In this document: in pieces, positions 49,974-59,315 of the stretch
Numbering within the stretch: position 1 is the first letter of the stretch
Layout: each line of letters starts with the position of its first letter
Source: an uncultured bacterium
GTDB lineage: Bacteria; Krumholzibacteriota; Krumholzibacteriia; LZORAL124-64-63
Direction of reading: 5' to 3'
Length of the DNA: 64,000 nucleotides
Assembly: GCA_963727525.1 (NCBI GenBank)
Contig: CAVSGO010000006.1
Span: 32,001-96,000, forward strand
The notes under the pieces: generated by a model
The model's database searches: none
What the model was told of the DNA's origin: nothing
Seen by the model: the letters and a program-made list of their open reading frames with translations, nothing else
Made by a program: the position numbers and the translations under genes

Positions 49974-51392
49974 TTGTCCAGTCCGGTCGACCCGGCCGCC
50001 GTGCATGCCAAGACCCGCGCCGCGACCATGTCCGTCATGGCGGCGGTCCTGCTCACCGTCTTGAAACTCACCGTCGGACTCGCCACCGGCAGTCTCGGTC
50101 TCCTGGCCGAGGCGGCGCACTCGGGCCTCGATCTCGTGGCGGCCATCGTCACCTACTTCGCCGTGCGCATCTCGGACCGGCCCGCCGACCACGTTCACCA
50201 GTACGGCCACGGCAAGGTGGAGAACCTGTCGGCGCTGTTCGAGACGGTCCTGCTGCTCGTGACCTGTGTGTGGATCGTCTTCGAGGCGGTGCAGCGCCTG
50301 GCGTACAAGCACGCCCACGTGGAGGCTACGGTGTGGGCCTTCGTCGTGATCATGACGTCGATCGTGGTGGACATCAATCGCTCGCGTATGCTCTACCGCG
50401 CTGCTCGCGAGCACCATAGCCAGGCCCTGGAAGCCGACGCGCTCCATTTCTCCACCGACATCTGGAGTTCTGCCGTCGTCCTGGTGGGGTTGGCCCTGGT
50501 GTGGCTGAGCGGCCGCCTCGGACCCGACTGGCTCTGGCTCGCCAAGGCCGACGCCGTGGCGGCGCTGGGCGTGGCGTGCATCGTCGTCGTGATCAGCATT
50601 CGACTCGGCCAGCGCGCGGTGAACGTGCTGCTCGATGCCGCGCCGCACGGGCTGGTCGCTCGTATCGAGGCCGAGGTGGTGCAAGTGCCGGGCGTGCGCG
50701 AGGTGCGGGACACGCGTGTGCGTCAGAGCGGGGCCGCCACCTTCGTCGATCTCACCGTCGAGGTGGAGCGCAGCGTCGCCCTCGAGGAAGCGCACCGTAT
50801 CGCCACCGAGGTCCAGGAGGCCGTGGCGCAACTCGTGCCGCGCAGCGACGTGGTGGTGCACGTCGATCCGGTGCGGCCGCGCGGCGAGATCCTTCCCGAC
50901 ACCGTGAGCGCCATCGCCACGCGGATGGGGCTGCGTACCCACGACGTGGTGCTCCACGAGATCCGCGGCAGGTTCTACCTGGACATGCACGTCGACGTGC
51001 CGGCCGATCTCTCCCTCGCCGATGCGCACGTGGAGGTGTCCCGCCTGGAGGAGGCGATCCGGGCCGAGCTGCCGCATGGCACCACCATCAACAGCCACAT
51101 CGAGCCGTACCACTCCACCACCCCGCGCGTGGCGGCGCTGGGCGCCGACACCGAGGCGCTCCTGCGTGACCGCATCCTGGCCGCAATGTCGCGTGTACCG
51201 GGCTTGCGTGGCTGCCACGCCTGCCATCTCCGCGCCGGGCTCACCGGCTACGACGTCGTGCTCGATTGCCACGCTCCCGCCGAGCTGTCGGTGGATGAGG
51301 CCCATCGCCTCACCGAGATCGCGGAGTCGCGCTTGCGGGAAGAGATCCCGGGCATCGGGCAGGTCCTCATCCACGTCGAACCCGCCTCCTGA
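49974..51392 (+). CDS. Cation diffusion facilitator (FieF-like) with extended C-terminus of repeated ZT-dimer domains
   Basis: Motifs AEAAHSGLD, HQYGHGKVE and ADALHFSTD; three AH...HVDP/HIEP/HVEP modules. Confidence 0.92.
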   Translation: MSSPVDPAAVHAKTRAATMSVMAAVLLTVLKLTVGLATGSLGLLAEAAHSGLDLVAAIVTYFAVRISDRPADHVHQYGHGKVENLSALFETVLLLVTCVWIVFEAVQRLAYKHAHVEATVWAFVVIMTSIVVDINRSRMLYRAAREHHSQALEADALHFSTDIWSSAVVLVGLALVWLSGRLGPDWLWLAKADAVAALGVACIVVVISIRLGQRAVNVLLDAAPHGLVARIEAEVVQVPGVREVRDTRVRQSGAATFVDLTVEVERSVALEEAHRIATEVQEAVAQLVPRSDVVVHVDPVRPRGEILPDTVSAIATRMGLRTHDVVLHEIRGRFYLDMHVDVPADLSLADAHVEVSRLEEAIRAELPHGTTINSHIEPYHSTTPRVAALGADTEALLRDRILAAMSRVPGLRGCHACHLRAGLTGYDVVLDCHAPAELSVDEAHRLTEIAESRLREEIPGIGQVLIHVEPAS

Positions 51393-51397
51393 CGCGG

Positions 51398-51841
51398 TCA
51401 GGGCTTCGGTGTGGCGGTCGTGCCCAGGCACAGCGGTGACGCGCCCGCCGAGCGATCGATGAGATCGACGATCGGTGTGCTGCCCATGGCCTCCTCGATG
51501 TGGGCCATGGCGTCGTCGAGCTTGCGGTGCAGGGGGCAGAGCTGCGAACCATGCGCGGGGATGCCCAGTGGGCAGCCATCGAGCCGAGGGATGGGATCGA
51601 TGGCGTTGATCACGTCCAGCGGCGTGATCGTCAGCGGGTCGCGCGCGAGCGTGAAGCCGCCGTGCAGTCCACGCTGCGAGTTCACGAGTTTCGCGCGCAC
51701 GAGGCTTTGCATCACCTTGGCGAGGTAGCCCGCCGGGATCTTCGTGGCGTCCGCGATCGCCCTGGTGGTCTGCGGGGCGTCGCCACGGCTGGCGATCCAT
51801 ACGATCGTGCGGAGGGCGTACTCGGCAGTCCGGGAAATCAA
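51398..51841 (-). CDS. Rrf2 family transcriptional regulator
   Basis: Motifs ISRTAEYALR, YLAKVMQSL and SQRGLHGGF; Cys motif CPLG...LCPLH; TTG start after GGAGG. Confidence 0.93.
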   Translation of the reverse strand: MISRTAEYALRTIVWIASRGDAPQTTRAIADATKIPAGYLAKVMQSLVRAKLVNSQRGLHGGFTLARDPLTITPLDVINAIDPIPRLDGCPLGIPAHGSQLCPLHRKLDDAMAHIEEAMGSTPIVDLIDRSAGASPLCLGTTATPKP

Positions 51842-51867
51842 CGCGCAGCCTCCGTCTTTCTGCTTAC

Positions 51868-51930
51868 TGGACCTTGACATCCACAATGTGCCCGCTATCG
51901 TTGCCCCTGTCAAGAGGACAAAAGCATCCA
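51868..51930. promoter_or_regulatory. Overlapping divergent promoters with two candidate Rrf2 operators
   Basis: TTGACA on both strands (51874-51879 plus; 51908-51913 minus); two related 16-mers, TGGACCTTGACATCCA and AGGACAAAAGCATCCA. Confidence 0.5.
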
Positions 51931-51966
51931 GATATCGAGTGAGGCTTCCAGATGGAGGCTGTGGTC

Positions 51967-53037
51967 ATGCAAGGCACCGAGAACACGTCGGATACGATTC
52001 AAGCCACCAGCCGGCCGCGTCGGCGTTCCCGGCCGCGCCGCGCCTACGGACCGCGCCTGGCCGTGCAACTCGTCACCCTCGGCATCTGCGTCGCGATGGG
52101 CGTCCAGTTCGGCACCTGGGTCGGTCGTCTCGAGGCTGGCTCCATCGCGGGTGTCCGGCCGCCAGGCGTGGAGGGTTTCCTGCCCATCTCGGGACTCATC
52201 AGCCTGCGCCAACTGATCGCAACGGGCGAGTTCTCGATGATCCATCCCGCGGCGCTGGTGATCCTCGCTCTCGCCTGCCTGAGCGCACTGCTGCTCAAGA
52301 AGTCGTTCTGCTCCTGGCTATGCCCCGTTGGCACGGTGTCGGAGTACGCGGCGCGTCTCGCGCATCGGGTGACGGGCTGGCGGGTGAAGCTGCCGCGCTG
52401 GCTCGACTACCCGCTGATGGGCATCAAGTACCTGCTTCTGATCTTCTTCCTCCACGCGATCTTCTTCCGGATGGCGACGGCCGACGTGACGGCGTTCCTG
52501 CTCTCGCCGTACAACAAGGTCGCCGACATCAAGATGTTCTACTTCTTCGCCCATATCTCCGCGCTGGCGATCAAGGTCATCTTGGCACTCGTGGCGCTCA
52601 GCCTGGTGGTGCCGTATTTCTGGTGCCGCTACCTCTGCCCGTACGGCGCGCTGCTCGGGGCACTGTCCTGGTTCTCGCCCCTGAAGATCCGCCGCTCGCC
52701 CCTCGACTGCACGAGCTGCGGCCGCTGCGCTGCCGTCTGTCCCGCGTTCTTGCCCGTCGACCTCAAGCTCGTGATCAACTCGCCCGAGTGCACCGGTTGC
52801 ATGGAATGCGCGGCGCATTGCCCGGTGCCCACCGCGCTGGCCTTCGGTCCACCGCCGCGCTGGCATCGCAAGGTGAAGCCGGCGGCGGTGGCCGTGCTCG
52901 TAATCGTGCTCTTCTACGGCGGCATCGGCGTGGCAAAGCTCGCCGGTCGCTGGCATTCGCGGGTCGATCCCGTGGAGTTGCAGCAGCGCGTGCAGCACGG
53001 ACTGAACGGGCCCGACTACGGGCATTTCGGGCGCTAG
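51967..53037 (+). CDS. Membrane-bound 4Fe-4S ferredoxin-type protein (YccM/NapH-like)
   Basis: FCSWLCPVG and WCRYLCPYG motifs; two CxxCxxCxxxCP clusters; TM helices. Confidence 0.9.
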   Translation: MQGTENTSDTIQATSRPRRRSRPRRAYGPRLAVQLVTLGICVAMGVQFGTWVGRLEAGSIAGVRPPGVEGFLPISGLISLRQLIATGEFSMIHPAALVILALACLSALLLKKSFCSWLCPVGTVSEYAARLAHRVTGWRVKLPRWLDYPLMGIKYLLLIFFLHAIFFRMATADVTAFLLSPYNKVADIKMFYFFAHISALAIKVILALVALSLVVPYFWCRYLCPYGALLGALSWFSPLKIRRSPLDCTSCGRCAAVCPAFLPVDLKLVINSPECTGCMECAAHCPVPTALAFGPPPRWHRKVKPAAVAVLVIVLFYGGIGVAKLAGRWHSRVDPVELQQRVQHGLNGPDYGHFGR

Positions 53038-53211
53038 AGCCCAGCGCGGCGGCGTTGGCCGGCCGGGCGCTGGCCCGCGGATACCGGCCGCGGGTGTTCT
53101 CCAAGCCTGTCGGCGACTGAAACCTCGCCTGGACGCGGTTTCGCGACTAGCTTGAACGGCAATCGTGCCACCCCGCCGATCGTCGATGACCATTCCGCCG
53201 AGCGAGAAGCC

Positions 53212-54264
53212 ATGCCGCATCTCATCGCCGTATCCACAGCGTCGCCCCCGCACCGGGTCGACCAGAGCGAAGCGCGGGAATTCGCGAGCAACCTCTTTCG
53301 CGAGCACCTCTCGCACCTCGACCGGTTGCTGCCGGTGTTCACCAATGCGGGCATCGAGACGCGCTACTTCGCGATGCCGCCCGCCTGGTTTCGCGATCCG
53401 CCGCCCTTCGCCGAGAAGAACGCCATCTTCGTGGAGCAGGCCACAGCGCTCAGTGCGCGCGCCGTACGCCAGCTCCTCGAGACGACGGAGCTGAAACCCG
53501 GCGACATCGACATGATCATCTTCATCAACACCACGGGTCTGGCAACGCCGTCGATAGACGCGCGCCTGATCAACGTGCTCGGTCTGCGCACCGACGTGCG
53601 CCGCACGCCGATCTGGGGCCTCGGCTGCGCGGGGGGCGCCGCGGGCCTGGCGCACGCCTATCACCATGCACTCGGCCATCCGCGCGAGCGCATCCTCGTG
53701 GTGGCCTGCGAGCTGTGCGGCCTCACCTTCCTGGCCGACGACTACACGAAGAGCAACCTCGTGGCCTGCGCCCTCTTCGCGGACGGCGCCGCTGCCGCAC
53801 TCATATGTGGCGACGATGTCGGCGCGCAGGGGCTGGAGTTGCTGGGCACCCAGTCGCGCTTCTATCCCGACTCGCTCGAGGTCATGGGCTGGAACATCGT
53901 CGCCCGCGGCATGCAGGTGGTGTTCGATCGCCGCATCCCCGACATCGTGACGCAGCACGCGGCCGACGAGCTGGACACCTTCCTCGCGCACCACGGCCTC
54001 GCGCGCGCCGGCGTGGCGGAGTACCTCTACCATCCCGGCGGTATCAAGGTGCTCGAGGCCTATGTCAACGCGTACGGTGTGGAGCCGGGCGCCCTGCGCT
54101 ACTCGCGCGAGGTGCTGCGCGATTTCGGCAACATGTCGTCGGTCACGGTGCTCTACGTCCTGGCCCGCTACCTCAGCGAGCACCGTCCTGGCCGCGGCGT
54201 GCATGGCGTGATCTCGGCGCTGGGGCCGGGCTTCTCCTCGGAATCGTTGCTGGTGCGGCTGTAG
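53212..54264 (+). CDS. Type III polyketide synthase (chalcone/stilbene synthase family)
   Basis: Cys-His-Asn triad in GLGCAGG, HPGG and GNMSS; LFADGAAA; ALGPGFSSE. Confidence 0.95.
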   Translation: MPHLIAVSTASPPHRVDQSEAREFASNLFREHLSHLDRLLPVFTNAGIETRYFAMPPAWFRDPPPFAEKNAIFVEQATALSARAVRQLLETTELKPGDIDMIIFINTTGLATPSIDARLINVLGLRTDVRRTPIWGLGCAGGAAGLAHAYHHALGHPRERILVVACELCGLTFLADDYTKSNLVACALFADGAAAALICGDDVGAQGLELLGTQSRFYPDSLEVMGWNIVARGMQVVFDRRIPDIVTQHAADELDTFLAHHGLARAGVAEYLYHPGGIKVLEAYVNAYGVEPGALRYSREVLRDFGNMSSVTVLYVLARYLSEHRPGRGVHGVISALGPGFSSESLLVRL

Positions 54265-54313
54265 ATTTCGCTGGTGCCGGCACCAGAATCGAGGAAGCGC
54301 GTGCTGGCCGTCG

Positions 54314-54991
54314 TCAGCCGGCGGCCAGCATCGCGCGCAACACCGTCTCGCGCTCGAGGATGATGCGGCCGCGGGCCAGCTTTACCGCGCGGGCGCGCTC
54401 GAAGTCCTTCAGCAGACGACTGATGACCTCGCGGGCCGAGCCGAGATCGGCCGCGATGCGTTCGTGGGTCACCGCCAGTTCGCGCACGGGTTCGCCATCG
54501 CCGAAGAAGCGCTTGCCGAGATACTCTGCGAGGCGGCGATCCATGCGCTTGAACGCCACCTCCTCCACCAGGGACATGATGCCCGCGATGTGCGTGGAGA
54601 GCAGCGTGAACACGTACGTACGCAGCACCGGGTTGAGGTCGATCCAGCGCCGGAAATCGGGACCGCGGAATGCCACGGCCTGCACGTCCTCCTCGACGAC
54701 GGCCGACGCCGGACACGGCTCGCCTGACAGGAGGCACGACAGGTTGAGCAGGCACACCTCGCCGGCCTGGACGTGGTAGAGGGTGATCTCGCGTCCGGTG
54801 TCACCCAGCTTGTAGACACGCAGCTTCCCCTGACCGACCAGGGCGATCACCTCGGAATGCCGTCCCTCGGAGGCGTAGTGCGTGCCCCGTTTGAGTTCGG
54901 TGCGGACGCCGACCGCGAGCATCTCCTTCTGGAACGCCGGGTCGCAATCGCGGAAGAATGGGTAGTGCTCGAGGATCCGTCGCTTGTCCAT
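54314..54991 (-). CDS. Crp/Fnr family transcriptional regulator
   Basis: GREITLY.V..GE.C; HTH THERIAADLGSAREVISRLLK. Confidence 0.93.
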   Translation of the reverse strand: MDKRRILEHYPFFRDCDPAFQKEMLAVGVRTELKRGTHYASEGRHSEVIALVGQGKLRVYKLGDTGREITLYHVQAGEVCLLNLSCLLSGEPCPASAVVEEDVQAVAFRGPDFRRWIDLNPVLRTYVFTLLSTHIAGIMSLVEEVAFKRMDRRLAEYLGKRFFGDGEPVRELAVTHERIAADLGSAREVISRLLKDFERARAVKLARGRIILERETVLRAMLAAG

Positions 54992-55135
54992 GGGCGTCGC
55001 TTTCGCATGGGCGTGAGGGGCGGCGGTCCCGGCGCTGTCGGCGGGCTGCAGGACGCAACCTGCGGTACCAACGGGTCGCGCCGGAATGAAGATATTCTAT
55101 GTCACGATTTGCGTTCCGGCAACGTACCTGGCGTG

Positions 55136-55151
55136 AGTGACCGGGATCACA
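55136..55151. promoter_or_regulatory. Candidate CRP-type box upstream of the Crp/Fnr gene
   Basis: AGTGA-CCGGGA-TCACA versus consensus TGTGA-N6-TCACA. Confidence 0.4.
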
Positions 55152-55205
55152 GACGTCAGTCGCACCGATCCTGATCATGAAGACACCGGAGGTCGGAGGT
55201 GCCGT

Positions 55206-56318
55206 CTAATCTGGGTGGGGCGGACGGCGCTTCCGATCGTCCGGATCGAGATCCCCATCGTCCGTGAAGATACGCAGGTCCCGCGGGGCGACATACATGA
55301 CGTCGCCGGCGACCACGTTCAGCTCCTGGAATCGCTCCGGCGCGACCGCGGCCTCGAACTGCTCGCCGGTCGGTGTCCGCAATGCGAGCCTCACCGTAGG
55401 CCCCGCCGCGTGGACCGCCATGACCTCGGCCCGCAGGCTCGGGACCATTGGGGGGTGCCTTTCCAGGGTCAGTTCGTGCGGCCTGATGAAGACACGCACC
55501 GCGCTCGCGGATCGCGCCTGGTGAGCCGGCGCGTCCAGCACGACACTCGCGAACATCACCTTGCCGTCGGCCACGCGACCCCGGAACACGTTGACGTCTC
55601 CAAGGAAGTTCATCACGAATTCCGTCGCCGGTTCGTGGAATACAGCGTCGGGCTTCCCGACCTGTTCGATGTGGCCCTCGTTCATCACGACGATGCGATC
55701 GGCCACCTCGAGGGCTTCGTCCTGGTCGTGGGTGACGAAGACGCTGGTGACGTGGATATGTTCGTGCAACTGTCGCAACCAGATGCGAAGCTGCTTGCGC
55801 ACGCGTGCGTCGAGCGCGCCGAAGGGTTCGTCGAGCAGCAGCACGCGCGGCTCCACGGCGAGCGCCCGCGCCAGGGCCACCCGCTGGCGCTGGCCTCCGG
55901 AGAGCTGAGCCGGGAAACGATCGGCCATGGGTTCGAGCTGAACGAGTTGTAACAACTCCTGCACGCGCGCCGCGATCGCGCGGCGCGAGGGCCGTTCGCC
56001 TCGTGGCCTCACTCGCAGGCCGAAGGCCACGTTCTCGAACACCGTCAGGTGCCGGAACAGCGCGTAATGCTGGAACACGAATCCCACGCGGCGCTCCTGC
56101 ACGCGCCGCCCGGCGACGTCCTGATCGTGGAAACGGACGGGACCGCTGCCGGCATCGGGAAGCTCGAGGCCGGCGATGATACGCAGCAACGTGGTCTTGC
56201 CGGAGCCGGAGGGTCCGAGCAACGCGGTGAGCTCGCCGGCCGGCAGGGTGACGCTCACGTTGCGCAACGCCGTGAACGTGCCATAGGTCTTGCTGACGTG
56301 TTCGATGGTGATGCCCAT
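55206..56318 (-). CDS. cysA: Sulfate/thiosulfate ABC transporter ATP-binding subunit
   Basis: [34 protein letters not shown]-terminal TOBE-like domain; operon context. Confidence 0.95.
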   Translation of the reverse strand: MGITIEHVSKTYGTFTALRNVSVTLPAGELTALLGPSGSGKTTLLRIIAGLELPDAGSGPVRFHDQDVAGRRVQERRVGFVFQHYALFRHLTVFENVAFGLRVRPRGERPSRRAIAARVQELLQLVQLEPMADRFPAQLSGGQRQRVALARALAVEPRVLLLDEPFGALDARVRKQLRIWLRQLHEHIHVTSVFVTHDQDEALEVADRIVVMNEGHIEQVGKPDAVFHEPATEFVMNFLGDVNVFRGRVADGKVMFASVVLDAPAHQARSASAVRVFIRPHELTLERHPPMVPSLRAEVMAVHAAGPTVRLALRTPTGEQFEAAVAPERFQELNVVAGDVMYVAPRDLRIFTDDGDLDPDDRKRRPPHPD

Positions 56319-56319
56319 G

Positions 56320-57201
56320 TCATGCGACCTCCGTCGCGCCATCGTGGCTGTGGACCTGCGCGGCTTGCGGTTCACCGGTCTGCTGTTCCATCAGCGCCCT
56401 GGCGGCCAGCGTCGCCAGAGCCAGGAGCGCGAGGAGCGAAGCTGCCGCGAAGGCGGCGACGAAGTTGTACTCGTTGTAGAGGATTTCTACCTGAAGCGGC
56501 AGCGTAATGGTCTTGCCGCGAATGTGGCCGGAGACCACCGAGACCGCTCCGAACTCGCCCATGGCGCGCGCATTGCAGAGAATCACGCCATAGAGCAGGG
56601 CCCACTTCACGTTGGGAATGGTCACCCGCCACAGCGTTTGCCAGCCCGAGGCTCCGAGCGTGAGCGCGGCTTCCTCGTCGTCGGTGCCCTGGGCCGCCAT
56701 GAGCGGGATCAGCTCGCGTGCCACGTATGGCAGCGTCACGAAGACCGTCGCCATCACGATGCCGGGCACCGCAAAGATCACCTGCAGATCGTGCGCGGCC
56801 AGCCACGGGCCCAACCAGCCATGAAGGCCGTACACCAGCACGTAGACGAGGCCCGAGATCACGGGCGAGATGGCTAGCGGCAGGTCGATCAAGGTCGTCA
56901 GCACGGTCTTGCCGCGGAACTCGAACTTGGCGACGGCCCACGCCGCCGCGAGGCCGAACACCAGGTTCACGGGCACGGCGATCGCCGCGACGAACAGCGT
57001 GAGTCGGATCGCGGCGCGTACGGCCGGGTCGCCGAAGCTCGCCACGTAGGCGCGCGCACCGCGACGCAGGGCCTCGGCGAAGACGGCGGCCAGGGGCGCC
57101 AGCAGGAAGACCGCGAGAATCACCAGCGTTGCCGCCAGGGCCAGCCGGCGCGCCCAGCGAGGATCGGCGATGGCGACGCGCGGCGTCGATGCAACGGGCA
57201 T
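56320..57201 (-). CDS. cysW: Sulfate ABC transporter permease CysW
   Basis: Motifs [25 protein letters not shown] and [16 protein letters not shown]. Confidence 0.95.
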   Translation of the reverse strand: MPVASTPRVAIADPRWARRLALAATLVILAVFLLAPLAAVFAEALRRGARAYVASFGDPAVRAAIRLTLFVAAIAVPVNLVFGLAAAWAVAKFEFRGKTVLTTLIDLPLAISPVISGLVYVLVYGLHGWLGPWLAAHDLQVIFAVPGIVMATVFVTLPYVARELIPLMAAQGTDDEEAALTLGASGWQTLWRVTIPNVKWALLYGVILCNARAMGEFGAVSVVSGHIRGKTITLPLQVEILYNEYNFVAAFAAASLLALLALATLAARALMEQQTGEPQAAQVHSHDGATEVA

Positions 57202-57203
57202 GA

Positions 57204-58037
57204 TCAGACTCTCCCGCGCCGGGCCCAGCGCTGTAGCAGATTGATCGTCAGCAACAGGCCGAACGAGACGGCAAGCAGCGCCACCGCGATCGCCGTGGCG
57301 CCCGCCTCGTCGTACTGCTCGAGCTTGGTCACGATCAGGAGCGGCGCGATCTCGGTACGCATGGGAAGATTGCCGCTGATGAAGACCACGGAACCGTACT
57401 CGCCGAGCGCCCGTGCCAGGGCCAGACCGAAGCCGGTGAGCACGGCCGGCGCAAGGCCGGGCAGTACGACATATCGCAGGGTCTGTCGACGCCGCGCGCC
57501 GAGGCTGGCGGCGGCCTCCTCCATTTCGGGATCGAGGTCCGCCACGGCAGGCTGGAGTGTCCGAACGACGAAAGGTAGACCAACGAAGGCGAGCGCGATC
57601 ACCACGCCCAGGGGCGAGAACGCTGCTCGGATGCCCACATGTGCCAGCAAGCCGCCGAGCCAGCCCGTGGGAGCATAGATGGTTGTGAGTGCGATCCCGG
57701 ACACTGCCGTGGGCAGGGCGAAGGGCAGGTCGATGAGGGCGTCGAGGATCCGTTGGCCGGGAAAGCGATATCGCACGAGCGCCCACGCCACCACCGTACC
57801 GCACAGCGTGTCGACGAATGCGGCGATCAGGGCGCTGCCGATGCTGAGCCGGCACGCCGCGACGACCCGCGGCGCGGTCACGATGTCCCAGAATCCGGTC
57901 CAACCAAACGTCGCGGAGCGCAGAACCAGCGCCGCCAGCGGCACGAGGGCCACGACCGAGAGCGTGAACAGCGTGACACCGAGCGTCAGCTCGAAGCCGG
58001 GAAGCACCGTATGCTTGCGCGCCAGGAGGGCCATCAT
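57204..58037 (-). CDS. cysT: Sulfate ABC transporter permease CysT (CysU)
   Basis: Motifs DLPFALPTAVSG, EEAAASLGA and ARALGEYGSVVFISGNLP. Confidence 0.95.
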   Translation of the reverse strand: MMALLARKHTVLPGFELTLGVTLFTLSVVALVPLAALVLRSATFGWTGFWDIVTAPRVVAACRLSIGSALIAAFVDTLCGTVVAWALVRYRFPGQRILDALIDLPFALPTAVSGIALTTIYAPTGWLGGLLAHVGIRAAFSPLGVVIALAFVGLPFVVRTLQPAVADLDPEMEEAAASLGARRRQTLRYVVLPGLAPAVLTGFGLALARALGEYGSVVFISGNLPMRTEIAPLLIVTKLEQYDEAGATAIAVALLAVSFGLLLTINLLQRWARRGRV

Positions 58038-58044
58038 GGTTGCC

Positions 58045-59131
58045 TCATCGCCGCGCGGCCATCATCGCATCGAAGACGCCGCCGTCGACGAAATGCGTCT
58101 GCTGCGCGACTGTCCAGCCACCGAAGACATCATCGACGCTCATGCGCTGCAACGCCGGGAAGCGCGCGAGATCGGCCGGGTCGGCATTCGTGGGATCGAC
58201 CGGCCGGTAGTAATGCTTCGCTGCGAGCCGCTGAGCGACGGGCGAGTACAGCCACTGCAGGTAGGCCGTGGCCACCGCACGCGTGCCGTGCTTGTCGGCC
58301 CACGAATCCACGAGGGCCACGGGCGGTTCCGCGAGGATGCTCACCGATGGCACGACGATGTCGACGCGGTCGGGGCCGAACTCGTTGACCGCGAGAAATG
58401 CCTCGTTCTCCCAGGTGAGGAGCACGTCGCCGATGCCGCGCGCCACGAATGTGCCGGTGGCGCCTCGAGCCCCCGAATCGAGCACCGGCACGTGGGCGTA
58501 GAGCGCGGCGACGAAGGCGCGCGCGCTGTCCTCGGCCGCGGCAACGGCGCCGGCGGCGGCCGTGTCGTGCAGCCGTGCGAGGTCGCCGAGCTGCCGCTGC
58601 AGCGCCGCCGCCCACGCGGCGAGGTAGATCCAGCGCGCACCCCCCGAGGTCTTGGGATTGGGGGTGATCACCGTCACGCCCGGCGCGAGCAGGTCTGCGC
58701 CAATCGTGGATGCCGCGGGGATTCCCCTTGCGCACCAGGAACACCACGGTCGAGGTGTACGGCGTGCTGCCGTTCGGTAGCCGCTGTCGCCAGTTCCCGG
58801 GCAAGGTGCCGGCATGTGAGGCGATCGCGTCGATATCGTGGGCCAGCGCCAGCGTCACGACGTCGGCTTCCAGCCCCTCGATCACGGCCCGCGCCTGGGC
58901 GCCGGAGCCGCCATGCGACATCGCGATCGTCACTGTCTGCCCGGTCTCCAGCCGCCAGTGCTCCGCGAACGTCGAGTTGACGTCCCTGTAGAATTCGCGG
59001 GTCGGATCGTAGGAGACATTGAGCAGGGTGAGCGGCCTTTCCGATGCCGCGGCGGGCTCGCTCCGACGGCACCCGATCGGGAATGTCATGATGGCCAGCA
59101 GCGCCAGGATCATGAGGGATGCGCGGGACAT
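58045..59131 (-). pseudogene. sbp: Sulfate-binding periplasmic (lipo)protein, frameshifted near 58699 (pseudogene or sequencing error)
   Basis: N-half ([31 protein letters not shown]) and C-half ([25 protein letters not shown]) are in different frames; removing one base after the TGG codon restores IHDWADLL. Confidence 0.88.
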
Positions 59132-59167
59132 GTTGCCTCCTTCCGGTGGGTTCTCCAGCAGATAAGA

Positions 59168-59184
59168 GGCAAATGATGGGCCAA
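59168..59184 (-). promoter_or_regulatory. sigma54 (-24/-12) promoter of the sbp-cysTWA operon
   Basis: Minus strand reads TTGGCCCATCATTTGCC, with GG-N10-GC spacing, about 37 bp upstream of the sbp start. Confidence 0.75.
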
Positions 59185-59244
59185 TCGCATGATGATATAC
59201 AACTTGTTGCCGCACAATAAATAGCTTATTTAGTATGCCGTATA

Positions 59245-59303
59245 CCGTGAAATGTGGTAGCTTTGCCATGAAATATCATGGTATGATCCGTGATATATCA
59301 CGG
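59245..59303. promoter_or_regulatory. Phased palindromic enhancer (UAS) sites for the adjacent sigma54 activator
   Basis: CCGTGAAATGTGGTAG (59245), CCATGAAATATCATGG (59266) and perfect palindrome CCGTGATATATCACGG (59288), spaced 21-22 bp. Confidence 0.65.
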
Positions 59304-59315
59304 AGGAGGCCTGCC

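Noticed and set aside
51220-51230. CHACH in the CDF C-terminus as a heme c attachment site
   Set aside because: The domain is cytoplasmic, where heme c maturation does not normally act; metal ligation or chance is more likely.
58690-58710. Programmed ribosomal frameshift or phase variation in sbp
   Set aside because: There is no slippery heptamer, homopolymer or simple-sequence repeat at the site.
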